Part shown: one piece after another, positions 1 through 11,310 of the stretch
Numbering within the stretch: position 1 is the stretch's first letter
How the letters are laid out: each line of letters starts with the position of its first letter
NCBI RefSeq assembly: GCF_016097555.1
Contig: NC_054708.1
Span: forward strand, 62,460,537 to 62,524,536
DNA length: 64,000 bases
Reading direction: 5' to 3'
From: Gigantopelta aegis
Taxonomy: Eukaryota
Notes under the pieces: model-generated
The model's input: only the letters and a program-made list of their open reading frames with translations
The model's database searches: none
Told to the model about the DNA's origin: nothing
Translations under genes and position numbers: made by a program

Positions 1-834
1 AATATGACACTGTCTCGATCTACAAAGTGTTTTAAATATGTTATCCGAAATTACCCACGATTCAATTTAAGATTAATTTAGTCTGCCAAATGATTTTGTT
101 TTTATAACGTTAAGTGTACGAGACGGGTGGGGAGTGAAGGGTATGTGGGCAACTGCCTCAAACCTGTTCACCATGCATACATTTCCATAATTCTACCCAC
201 AATCTTAGTTGTAATCCGTGTAAAAATATGTTGTCATTCGTTTGCAACCGTATATACACCGTGGGCACACTATACATTCACATCAGGCTGTCTGCAGGCA
301 ATCTGTTTGACAAGCCTCTGAGAATTGAAAATCTGCGTGATCCATTTATTGGTCACGCAGAAATAAATCCAGGTAACCCATTTCCTTTTTGTGTAACCTG
401 CTATATCCAAGTAAAGTAAATGGTGCTCCACATTCTGCACGAACAAAAAATAGGGTAATGCAAAATTAAATTTGCGCGAACGAAACGATCGCTCTCGCAA
501 TTCTCGGTGGCCTGTACCAATAGATATACTCTAATTTTTGTTTTCAAAATTATTTTAACGGCAAATTTCTGATCGAGGTAAATATTGTACCTAATTTTCA
601 GAAATATTTGAAAATAATTCTGGACTATCACTGCTTTCACTTTAAAGATGGGAAACTGGTGAATTTAAAAAAAAAAAGGCAATCAAGTATATATTAAGTG
701 AGGCAATGGAAGTGAAATGCTCTGGATATTACAAACATAGTATATATACTACTCAAAAGAATTTAAGGGTCAAACATTTATAACCAAATAAGTTTCAGAG
801 TGTATTAGATTGATGATGTAAACTACACCAAAAA

Positions 835-2265
835 TGTTATTTATTGTTCCATATTTACAAAAACCCACAAATAAACGTCACTGTATACAAGAAAGTCACA
901 TGACATGCTGTCAAAGTTGAAGGTTGTCAAACATGGATTTTACACATTAGAACATTCGTTTAATAGTGTGTGAATCCACCCCTGGCGCGAATACACTCGA
1001 CACATCGTTGCCCCATGCCGTTGATCAGACGTCTGAAGAACACTTTGGGAATGGCCTGCCACTCTGCCATAAGAAGTTGACCCAGATCATGAAGGTTGGC
1101 CGGAGGGGCATGGCTATCCCGAACTCTCCTGCCTACTTCGTCCCAGGCGTGCTCTATTGGGGCCAAGTCAGGCGAATATGCTGGCCAATCCATCCTGGCG
1201 ATACCTTGTTGTCTGAGAAAGTCCGTTACCACCCTGGCGCGGTGGGGTCTGGCATTGTCATCCTGCAGAACTGCCCCGCCGCCAATCTGCTGAAGGCCTG
1301 GGAGAACCAACAACCGGATAATCTCATTCAGATAGCGGATTCCATTCAGATTGCCATCCACCACATAGAGGGGGGTCCTGTGGTGGATAGAGATGCCGCC
1401 CCACACCATGACGCTGCCACCATCGAACCGTTGACGTTGTCTAACGTTAACGTCAGCGAAGCGCTCCCCAGGACGTCTGTAGACACGAACCCGACCGTCG
1501 TTGAACTGGAGACTAAACCTGGACTCTTCAATGAACATCACTCGACCCCACTGAACACGTTGCCACCGCAGATGAAGCGTGCACCAGTTACGTCTGGCCG
1601 TTTGGCCGTTCTGTGACGTGGTAGGAGTGGTGGTCGAACAGCCTGGCGACGGCAGCGTAGATTATTGGCTCTCAGACGATTGCGTATGGTTTGATCAGAC
1701 ACTCGAGTTCCAGTCGCAGTCCGTCACGTAATCGGCGTGCAGTGGTTGTGCGTTGACGTAGAGCCATATTGGTGATGTAGCGGTCCTCTCTATTTGTAGT
1801 GCTTTGGGGTCTTCCCGAACGTGGACGATTTCGAACAGAATTCGTTGCTTGGTACCGTTGCCATAGTCGGCCAACGACACTCTGACACCAAGTCTCAGAG
1901 CAACATTTCTTTGCGTATTGCCATCCTGAAGCCAAGCAATAGCCCTTCCTCGATCTTCGATAGTCAGTTGAAGTCGTACCATTATCGAATTTGGAGTGTG
2001 CACTGTACACGAACGCAAGCTCCAATTATACGGAAATTCAGCATAGGGAACATGAAATACACGTGCAAAGCGTGCAAATGAAGCGCTTTGTGAAAAAGCA
2101 AGTTATGGGCACTTAGCAGACCTTTCGCTTTCGCCCTAATTTACGTGCAAATGTAAGCATGTTTTCGCCATTAGAACTAGTCGACAATGTCAATGACAGT
2201 GGATTTTAATTCATTTATGGGTTGCTTAGACCCACTTTCGTATAAAATGGAACAATACCATGCGT
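835..2265 (-). mobile_element. Tc1/mariner-like DNA transposon, degenerate copy. Ends are approximate and defined by inverted ~80-bp blocks at 835-915 and 2187-2265.
   Basis: Minus-strand ORFs carry Tc1 transposase hallmarks. The N-terminal HTH region reads MVRLQLTIEDRGRAIAWLQDG...RPRSGRPQSTTNREDRYI. The C-terminal DD34E region reads VMVWGGIS, LQDDNARPHRAR, WPAYSPDLAPIEHAWD. Blocks 835-915 and 2187-2265 are reverse complements of each other (shared cagtg, tgggtt, atggaacaata). Confidence 0.8.
960..2025 (-). pseudogene. Tc1-family transposase pseudogene, frameshifted. The C-terminal catalytic ORF is 960-1541; the N-terminal DNA-binding ORFs are 1672-2025 and 1695-2018, in two frames.
   Basis: The DDE motifs are present but split across three reading frames. 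The first catalytic D appears replaced (EESRF instead of DESKF). Confidence 0.8.
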
Positions 2266-4150
2266 GACATTATGGTCTAGCTAATATAATTGACATTCAG
2301 AAAATAATATATATATATAAAAACACTGAATGGCAGTGTTGGAAGTTAACATCCAGACATTGATACATTTACTGTGATACATGCATATACTGTCTACCAC
2401 ATTTAATTACAAGATTATTTCTCCTGATTCAACTTCCGCATAATCTTAAATCATTATCCCTGGGCTGAACGTGTGTATTAAAGCAATCTTCATTGGGAAT
2501 CACAGGTTCAAGCAGTCTTGAGCCCAAATGTTTGCCTGAAGAGGTGCACGTAAAATGTGTTGTAACAATGCACCTGGAATTTGTGGTAAGGTATCAACAC
2601 CGTGAGTGGAAGACAACCTCTTAAACCTTTTCCAACGTAGCGTGGCTGCATCATGACCTCTGACCCGTTTTGTATAGAGAAGATTGCATAGAAACTCCTC
2701 ACCTCTGGTAACCACCTCTTCTGAAGGTGTATCACCTTAGGCCTGACCAAGAGCATCTATGATACTTTAAGAGCATTCATGAACACTGCAAAACTTCCTA
2801 ACTTACCAACACCCCTGATCTGCCCAGTTGTATCGGATCCAGTTAAACCATGAACTCCAAGCAATGACATAGCTATTTGGTTCCCAGTTTGTTATAACTT
2901 GGATATAATGGCACTCGTCTACGACTACTGTTATTGCATGTAATAATTCCAGTGTTTGGCCATAACTGATGTAACTGAACGTTTTGAAACAAAATTAAAC
3001 CCTACCAATCAGTGTCTCGAGTGAAAATCAACATCAGTTTCAGAATTGACAAGTTCAAATGCATGACACACCATGCGTGTATCTGCCCGTTCCCGAGAGC
3101 TAAAACCTGTAGTTGGTATGCGTTGCGTGGAGTGTTAGAACATGCTTTCTTGTAGCAGTGACAACAGGTTTTATGCACTGGTTGATTGCTTTTTCGGCCA
3201 AGCAAAATGTAAGTTCATCTTTATTCTTTTTGCTTGCTAGAACACTGCTTTGTGTCTTTTATTAGTGTCAGATTCTGAATTTACACATCTTCATTTTTAC
3301 AAGAGGTGGTACCATATCTGATTTGATCATTGATTCTAATAAAAAAAATGTATCATATATAATGCGATCACCCCCAGTAATGGGCTACTAAATGATCAAT
3401 CATCTGCGCAAAGGCGTGGCCTAATTCCTTACATGTTTTAAAATTTAAAGCATGCATCAATGCCTGTACAACTGCCATTGCATCTATAACAAGAAATATG
3501 TTGTTTCGAGTAGTTTTGGTTGCTAGAGTTGGAGTTCCATCTGTAGATATCACTTCTTGCAGGTCAACATCACGCTCCGACTTTGCCACGACTAAAGCCT
3601 TGCAATTAACAATCCACTGGATTTCAGTTGATACTCTTAATGTTTCTTTTCAGCTTTACTGTTTGGCGAACATGACTTCGGCCTCCTTGACTTCGGCCTC
3701 CTTTGACAACCGATCAAGTTCTGGTGCCATAAGGCAAACTTCACACGGGTTAAATGCTTTGTAGTTATTCCCTGAAGTTCTCCATCTCCTTTTAGTAGTT
3801 TGTTACCATGCTCCTGAGCTTGGTCAATTCCAATGCTGGTAAATAGTATGCTGTTGTTGCCAAAGTGAACTCGCCGGCTACCAGCCTGTCACGTACTAAA
3901 GATTATGAAAAAGATAACTCGACACGCCCCACTCGTCCATCAACCCAATCCCATGGTGAAACAAAAATCGCACATTACTATTTAAATGTTCTCAGTTTGT
4001 TTTAGAACGGTTTCCAAAATCAAAATTACTCAGTCTGTTATCACATTATAAAACTTCCAATAATAGAGATCAAATTTACAGTGGAATTTTACAAAAACAC
4101 AGTCTTTAAACCATACCACATCAGTTGTTGGTAAACACCTCCCGATTCCG

Positions 4151-4300
4151 ACCTCAGGAGTCAAACCTCGGGAATCCAACATCAGGAATCCAACCTTAGG
4201 AATCCAACATCAGGAATCCAACATCAGGAATCCAACATTAGGAGTCCAATCGCAGGAGTCCAATCGCAGGAGTCCAACCTCGGGAATCCAATCAGGAGTT
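4151..4300. repeat. Minisatellite with ~14-bp unit caggaatccaacat, about 10-11 units
   Basis: Directly visible tandem iteration of (c/t)aggaatccaac(a/c)t variants. Confidence 0.8.
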
Positions 4301-5412
4301 CAGTCTCCACCCCAACCTCAGGATTATACACCTGGGAAACCCGCTGTAACAATACAAAATGCATTGCATGTATTACATTGTACAATCCCGTATTTATATA
4401 CATGTACTAAATTATTTACATGCAAATATCACTATAAACTTGTACATGTATTGCCTAACATTTTAACAAAATAACTTATCTATACATAATCATTGTTGCA
4501 CAAATACAGTATCTAATATTTACAGTCATTTGCAACAATCAAAGTAATAAAATTCAAAACGTACGTCTTAACACCGTGAGAAATACGAGAGTACCTTCCT
4601 CCTTGACGAAAAATAATAACTACCAGATATCTAATAATTCTTTCTATTTAACCATTTCCCAACACAATTATCACGTGCTTTCCATGCATTGCTCATCCCA
4701 ATACACAATTATCCCGTGCCTTCCATTGCCCATCCACCACACACTACCCGTGCAATATACTACACCAGACAACAAAAGTCAAGCACACAAATCAAATTGA
4801 CTTATTTACTATCCCTATCACCAAAAGTAACGCATACATCAACCTTGACATCTGACAGCCTGTACCATAAGTCTGGGTCTGTTTCTCTGGCTGTATATGC
4901 ACGAGATGTCAACTCTAGGATATGTTGTGCATAATCAAGTTCGTTATAAGCAAATACGTATGTAGACAGGTTTTCCAAGGAAGCAAGGTACAGAAATCAG
5001 TTTGGTTGTTTGACCGGACAATGGAAGGCTAGAAGAGTGAGCACTTAGCACATGTACATGCGAGTCCATGTTGATAATGGAAACCGTTTATGTCGTTCAT
5101 CCAACCTTTGAAACTGCTGGGTTAACTGCATCTGTTCTAAATGGATCATTGGTTCCTGATCTGCAACCTTTACCATGTTCTACCTGTCATCCATGATGGC
5201 GGGGGGAGGGGGTGGATGGGTGGGTGTTGCATGCAGTAGCTAATTTATCCCCACACAACCAACCAGTGTATGGCGAACCACAGGATTTTTACTGAAAAAT
5301 TCATCCAGCCACAGATCAGAGAGAACATGCAATGTAATTTCATGAGCCTCAACTGCCCGTTTGTAGTGGCTATTAGAGATAATCTGATAGACAACAACAC
5401 TACTGTATAGAC

Positions 5413-5566
5413 CAGGGTCCGTGCTTATAAAACATTTATAGAGTCCAGACTCGATTTCTAATGACGTCACACGCATTCAGTTTGTATGACGTTGCCATGA
5501 CATTAGTGTCTCAGACTCTATTAGTCTCGAGTCTAGACTCTAAAAGTTTTATAAGCACCAGGCCTG
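5413..5566. mobile_element. MITE-like hairpin element: ~40-bp terminal inverted repeats around a ~75-bp loop
   Basis: cagggtccgtgcttataaaacatttatagagtccagactcga at the left is the near-perfect reverse complement of tcgagtctagactctaaaagttttataagcaccaggcctg at the right. Confidence 0.5.
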
Positions 5567-6599
5567 TTTGGATCCAAGAATCATATATTCCACTGTGCTC
5601 TACAGTCTTTCTCAAACATCTGATTGCACACACGCTGGTGTGGAATGGGTCTGGCAGCAACCACCACTTCTCCTTGTAATGATTGATAATGTGTTCCACC
5701 TTAATAGCTCTGTTATACAAATCCATGTCAAATAACCATTATTTTGCTATTCTCTTGAGGACATGCGATTGCATTCAGCTTATGAATATTCTGCGATACA
5801 GATATAAGGGTTTGCCAATCATGAGCTGTGGCATTGACGATATGTAGAGTATTTACAGTGTCCAGTGAACATTTATCACATTTGTATACCTGTGAATTGT
5901 ATGTTCTCCACGATGGGATATACTGAATATGATTAGACTCTGAAGACTGTAGTATTTGCATTGTGTGATACTGTCAAACATTGTATGTATCTCGAACATA
6001 ACCACAGAACATCACACGTTCTGGGGGAATGTAGATGCCTCTGTGTATTCTTGTGGTTTCGAGAGCACTCTCTGCAACCTCTGTGGTGATTTCATTGACA
6101 CAGTTCTATGTAATGCCAACTGATGCAGCATTTAGTAACGATATATCAGTCTTGCTTCTATGCATGTGGTGACTGTACAACTGATTGTGGCGTCTCATAT
6201 GAAGATCTCATAGTACATGTAAATGTGGGAGAAATTGAACAGTATTTAATCTGGCGGTCAGACTTAAACATTTGTAGAATTTGCTGACATATAACATTGG
6301 CAGAATACTCTATTTCATTAGATCTTTCGCTAGTGCAAGCAGACTTATGGCCATGCATCATCAGTTGAACACAGAGAAATAATGATTGGGGTATAGTATC
6401 ACCTGCACAGTCTTTAGGTGAACCTGGAAATACCCATTGCTTTTGCCTTGCTTGCCTTACAATGAAATGGAGTTGCTTTGCACACATTAATAACAACTTT
6501 AGTTTTTACCAATCTTGTGCTTCATGAGCACTTGCAGAATTGAATGCCTTATTGCTAGCATGGACAGAATGAACCTTTGATGGTTTACTTCCATAAGAG

Positions 6600-7565
6600 G
6601 TAGAGATGTCATAGCAATGTATCGGACTATTTTATGGTGAAATCTGGTTTAATCCAAGGTGAAGCTCTATCGCCTACACTGTTTACTCTCTTTATTAACG
6701 ATCCGGAAATGGAACTGTTTGGTACTAGTGATCAGTCATATGAGCTGGATGTGATAAACCTTTGTCTATTTATGTATGCTGATGATACAGTACTTTTTTT
6801 CTGAAAGTGATTCTGAATCACAAAATATGTTAAATACATTATATCTTTATACCACAGAGTGGAATCTAAAGGTTAATTATGACAAAACAAAAATTGTTGT
6901 ATTCAGGAGAGGAGGTAATTTAAAACAAGATAAAAAGTCGTCATATAACGGTATTGAATTAAAAATTGTTGAATGTGTTAGCTACTTGAGTGTCGACTTA
7001 CAGCATAACGATAATTTCAATACTGCACACAAAGTTATTGCAAATCAAGGTAAAAAGGCTATATGTGCATTACTGTTTAAAACATGTCACTACTATTTGA
7101 AAATAGAAACATTATTATCATTGTTTGATACGAATGTCGGTAGCATTCTGCACTATGGATGTGTAGTATGGGTGTTTTAACAAAGTTAATAACTTAGAAT
7201 GTGTTAATATGCAATATTGTGAACGGATACTTGGTGTTAAAAGTATTTAATACTGCAGACGAGTTTACCCAATCCATGTACGCTATATTCCGTACATTCA
7301 CGAAATGTATTATATATCAATACCTGGTTAATATTTTTAGTTTACAATATTATCTAAAAAAAAAGCAATTTCCTCAAAATATAAACAAATATTATGTAAG
7401 TACAGACTATCTGCTCATAGTCTAGCAATAGAAACTGGAAGATATAACAATACTGAGAGAAAGGATAGAGTATGTAAACTTTGTAATATGAATGCTGATG
7501 AAGATGAGTATCATTTTATTTCGGTCTGTCCTTTCTACAAAATACTATCAGATGCAGGTGCATAA
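6600..7565 (+). mobile_element. Non-LTR retrotransposon (LINE) 3' fragment: reverse transcriptase plus a C-terminal Cys/His zinc-finger-like motif (CR1/L2/Jockey-like architecture). It is 5' truncated and carries frameshifts.
   Basis: Translation gives GLIQGEALSPTLFTLFINDPE (RT motif), LCLFMYADDTVLF (YADD box), NLKVNYDKTKIVVF, HYGCVVW. Near the end it gives CKLCNMNADEDEYHFISVCPFY, a C-terminal Cys/His motif that appears typical of non-LTR ORF2 tails, followed by a stop at 7563-7565. Confidence 0.75.
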
Positions 7566-8094
7566 AACATTATTATTACACCAGACCATCCTCTTTTAAA
7601 CTAATACAACTATTATCCATTGTCATCAGCTGTGACACCAATACGTCTGTTGTGAACACACAGCAAGTCTGAATTCCTATATTCATATATCTTTTGTACA
7701 CAGCTCACAAATGTTTTATTTGATATTTTACTAAATGTTTTATACTGCTATAATCGATTGACGATTTCTTTGCAGCTGGTTCATACAAGGATTCCATGTT
7801 TCAGAACTGAAATTAGAAATAAAACAATTCTAAATACTTAAAATGTGACATTCTGTATTATACTCCATGTGTTAAAAGTAATTAATAAACAACTTAAAGT
7901 GTCATCAGTTTAAAAACAAAACAAAATAAACCAAAAAATAGACACCAACCGAAGTTCATTACACTAAATGATATATATGTTTGGAAAGTAGTATATTTAA
8001 AAAACATGTTTTGTAGCGCCAGTTTTTAAATAAAAATATATCTATGTTTTAATGATTTTAAGGTTTTAAATTATTTTGTTAATGGATTAAAATG

Positions 8095-8390
8095 TGTTAC
8101 ATGGATCGGCCTCGGTGGTATAGTGGTTATGTAATCGGACTTGAGGTTGGTAGGTATTGGGTTCGAGTAAGTGCACCGCTAGGCTCAATGGGTAGGTGTA
8201 AGACCACGCACACCGAGTTTCACCAACTTCACAGGTGCGATAATGGGTGTGTTCCCGAGTGTATGACTCCACATGGAGGATGATTACCCGGCATACACTG
8301 CAAGTTCCGCGTGATATCGGGTGATACCAAGATAGCTCAACTGACAGCAAGCGTGGAGCACGAACCTGTCAAGTAGTCCCATACCGAAAT
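8095..8390 (+). mobile_element. Divergent tRNA-derived SINE, head type C
   Basis: tRNA-like head ggcctcggtggtatagtggttatg...gggttcgag, followed by ctcaatgggtaggtgtaagaccac. The latter segment is shared with the copies at 55013 and 45628. Confidence 0.5.
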
Positions 8391-8557
8391 GGAAATACTG
8401 TGGCTTCACCATTCATCTCATCATCATCCATGTTTGTAATGTCCACACAAAAAATGTGGCGTTTAAAACCAAATGTGTTACGTTTCTCACTAGAAATAGT
8501 ATCATCCATTTATAATTATAATAAATGTGTAAACAATTACAATACCAAAGCCTTTAA

Positions 8558-8940
8558 AGGGACATTCCCGAGTTTGATGCATTATAAGATGTTTCCGACT
8601 AATAAAATATTTCTACGATTAAACTTACATATTAAATATATTTTCTTGTTTAGAATATCAGTGTCTGTATATTCAATGTGTTTCTGGTCGTCTTAATATT
8701 TGTATGAAGCCCAAACTTGATTTTGTCTTCAAATACTTTCGTACGTACGAAAAAATCTGTTTTAGGAAATAAAATGAAATTTAAGCTAGTACAAATATTA
8801 GAACGATCAGAAACACGTTTAATATACAGCCACTAATATTTAATGCAGAAAAATATATTTGGTATGTAATGACAGTCGTTAAAAAGTATTTGTTAGTCGA
8901 TAACCTCTTTAAAAATTGCAGCAAACTCAGGAATGTCCCT
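8558..8940. mobile_element. piggyBac-like palindromic MITE, copy 1 (TTAA at 8554-8557 and 8941-8944)
   Basis: Termini agggacattcc and ggaatgtccct sit directly next to TTAA on both sides. The two halves are about 150-bp inverted repeats around a central ttcgtacgtacgaa palindrome. Confidence 0.7.
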
Positions 8941-10506
8941 TTAATAAACTAAACTATAAAAGCCTAAATCCAAGTTAGCGAATATACAGAATGCTTTTAT
9001 GTAGGGATAATTGTTTTATTACTATCAGGACATATAATGTAGACAAAAAAATAAAATATATATATATGTAGAAGATTTTAATGCTCACCTTTTTGTTGTT
9101 GCCAACCATCCACAGGTAGCCACAAAGAGAAACCCCTAGTACAAATACTATACTGTAGTTACATATTACATAACGTAACCATAACACATTCGGCGTTATT
9201 GGTTGGGGATACCAGTGCCACCATCCACCATATTTGTTTTAATTTTACTTTCACATTTTCGACGCTATTAGATAGAAAACTAGTATAAATAAAAATTAAA
9301 TTAGTTTAGACTACTGGCACGTATACAGGAATTTATGTTGTTTGCAGTGGTTTGGAGACTGTGGGGGAAGAAACAATGAAGTGCGGGTCCAGAGAGCCCC
9401 CGAAAAAACATACAAACTGTTTTTTTGCTTTAAAGGAATGCTTAAGCAAGGCTTTAGGACTGGTAGGCATATTGAACAATATATAATTCACATTATTGCT
9501 TAATATCAACAAGTATATTGGTATATTTAATTAATAAAACGGTTAGATGTGACGGCTAATTAAACGAAGATGCCCGAATTTAGTCACATTAGCTTTTCTG
9601 CCAAACAGCTATATATAGTTGCAAACGAATCACTGCTTATTTTTACATGGATTACCACTAATATTGTGGGTAGAATGATTGCAGAACGTGGTCAAAAGGT
9701 TTCAGGTCATCTCATTTTGCCTGAATATCGCTATCGTTTTTGCCCGAATTTGAAGATTAGCTCCAGCACAGGGAGGCGCAGTTGTGCTCCCCTCCCGCCC
9801 CGTCTTGTACCCTTATAATATAATATCCGCGAAAGTATCGTCACATGCAAGGTTTACAATACGTTCATTTTTAAATATTTGAATATATGATTTGATTTTT
9901 TTTTTTTAAAGTCCATTTGTTTTGCAGTGTTGGCGCAGGTGTTGTTCTGCTGGAACATGTTATTCTGGTGACAGGCAAAATAAGTCACAAAGTGAGGTCT
10001 AAGGACTTGATCGATATATTCGGAGAGCCGTGACATTATTATCTCTGTCTGGGCCAATATTCTGAAATATTACCAGGTCCTACTGTGTAGTTGATCCAGA
10101 TTCCTCCCCAAACCATGATGCTTTGCGCATCCTATTGGTCTTTCCATAATTGACGTATGCATTCATAGTCATCAAAGAAAAAACATTCCAAGAGCAACTT
10201 TACACTGAAAGCTGTCCAGCGTTCAGAAAATAAAACACGTTAAGCACTAGTTTATTTTTATGTAAGGACATCCAAGATGGTGTCATTCACGTTTGACGTC
10301 ATTTCCATTGAAAAAGACACCGCGTCACATATTCCTACGTCATTGTAATAACCAGTAATGGCTGACTGGAATTAAAGTTGCATATATAGTTTACAAAAAC
10401 ACGATGTATTAAGCTTGAGATTATATGATAAGAGATTCTTACCCTCGTGTGTTTATGTATCGTCAATATCATATATTAGGAAGAAAAATAATGTATTATG
10501 CTCGCC

Positions 10507-10913
10507 AGACGATACAGAAGCACACACACTCTCTCTCTTTCTCTCTCTCTGTCTGTCTCTCTCTGTCTCTCCCCTGCGCGTGCTATAACCTCATCGTGGT
10601 GCAGGGGTGTAACATTCTCTTTGAGAATGGCCAATACAGCACAAATTGAAATTTTGAGTAAAAGTCAGTATCTGTCTTTGATATTTGTATTTTTGCAGTT
10701 CTTTACACTGTTTTTATTTAAATCTTGAATTTTTTTTATTGATGTTGATCATCACCGTATTTGTTTGCATTATCATAGTTTGACACTCAATAGCCGATGT
10801 ATTTTTCGTGCTGGGGTGTCGTTAAACATTCATTCATTTATTCATTCATTCATTCATTCATTCATTCATTCTCTCTGTCTCTGTCTGTCTCGCTCTGTCT
10901 CTGTCTCTCTGTC

Positions 10914-10944
<31 letters not shown>

Positions 10945-10947
10945 GTC

Positions 10948-11024
<77 letters not shown>

Positions 11025-11070
11025 ATTATATTATATTATATTATATATATATATATATATATTGCCATTT
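10507..11070. repeat. Compound microsatellite block: (CT)n, (ATTC)n, (CTGT/CT)n, (TATTA)n, (TA)n
   Basis: Visible simple-sequence runs. The ORFs here translate poly-SL and are artefacts. The stretch gtcgttaaacattcattcatt at 10815-10860 is a SINE 3' tail with an (ATTC)n run. Confidence 0.9.
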
Positions 11071-11282
11071 GACAACAGTAATTCCATTTGGAGTTTCGGC
11101 GCCCTGAATGTTTGTTGGACTCCCACGCATTATTGAGATATTCCATATATAAAGTATTTGTGAAGCTAATTGCTGATGACGTTATTAACATGAGCATTCA
11201 TATGGGATTAAAAAAAATATGTCAGTACAAATTTTAATATTTTCTAATATAAACCTCGTAAAGGTCTCTGTCATCTTAAAAT

Positions 11283-11310
11283 ATTTATTGTTACCTGCAG
11301 GTAACAATAA
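11283..11310. repeat. Perfect 26-bp palindrome ttattgttacctg/caggtaacaataa
   Basis: The sequence is self-complementary around a central ctgcag. Confidence 0.6.

Noticed and set aside
850-887. TACAGTG-type Tc1 terminus at 876-887 as the element boundary
   Set aside because: The cagtg motif lies inside the inverted block. In the orientation expected for an outer terminus it faces the wrong way. The homology between the left and right blocks extends outward to about 835 and 2265. The exact ends therefore remain uncertain.
8095-8175. Possible tRNA genes (also at 17566-17640, 34430-34505, 45820-45893, 55013-55090)
   Set aside because: All are 5' heads of SINE copies that continue into the SINE body. 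Their acceptor stems are not closed (no complementary 3' end, no CCA or trailer). They are tRNA-derived, not functional tRNA genes. Running tRNAscan-SE would confirm whether they score as pseudogenes or fall below threshold.
10425-11136. ORFs rich in SLSLSL, CVCVCV or RERERE (also at 22062-22689, 26994-27388, 48722-49429, 50137-51093, 55853-56551)
   Set aside because: They are translations of (CT)n, (CA)n, (GA)n and (TA)n microsatellites on either strand. These are standard low-complexity artefacts.
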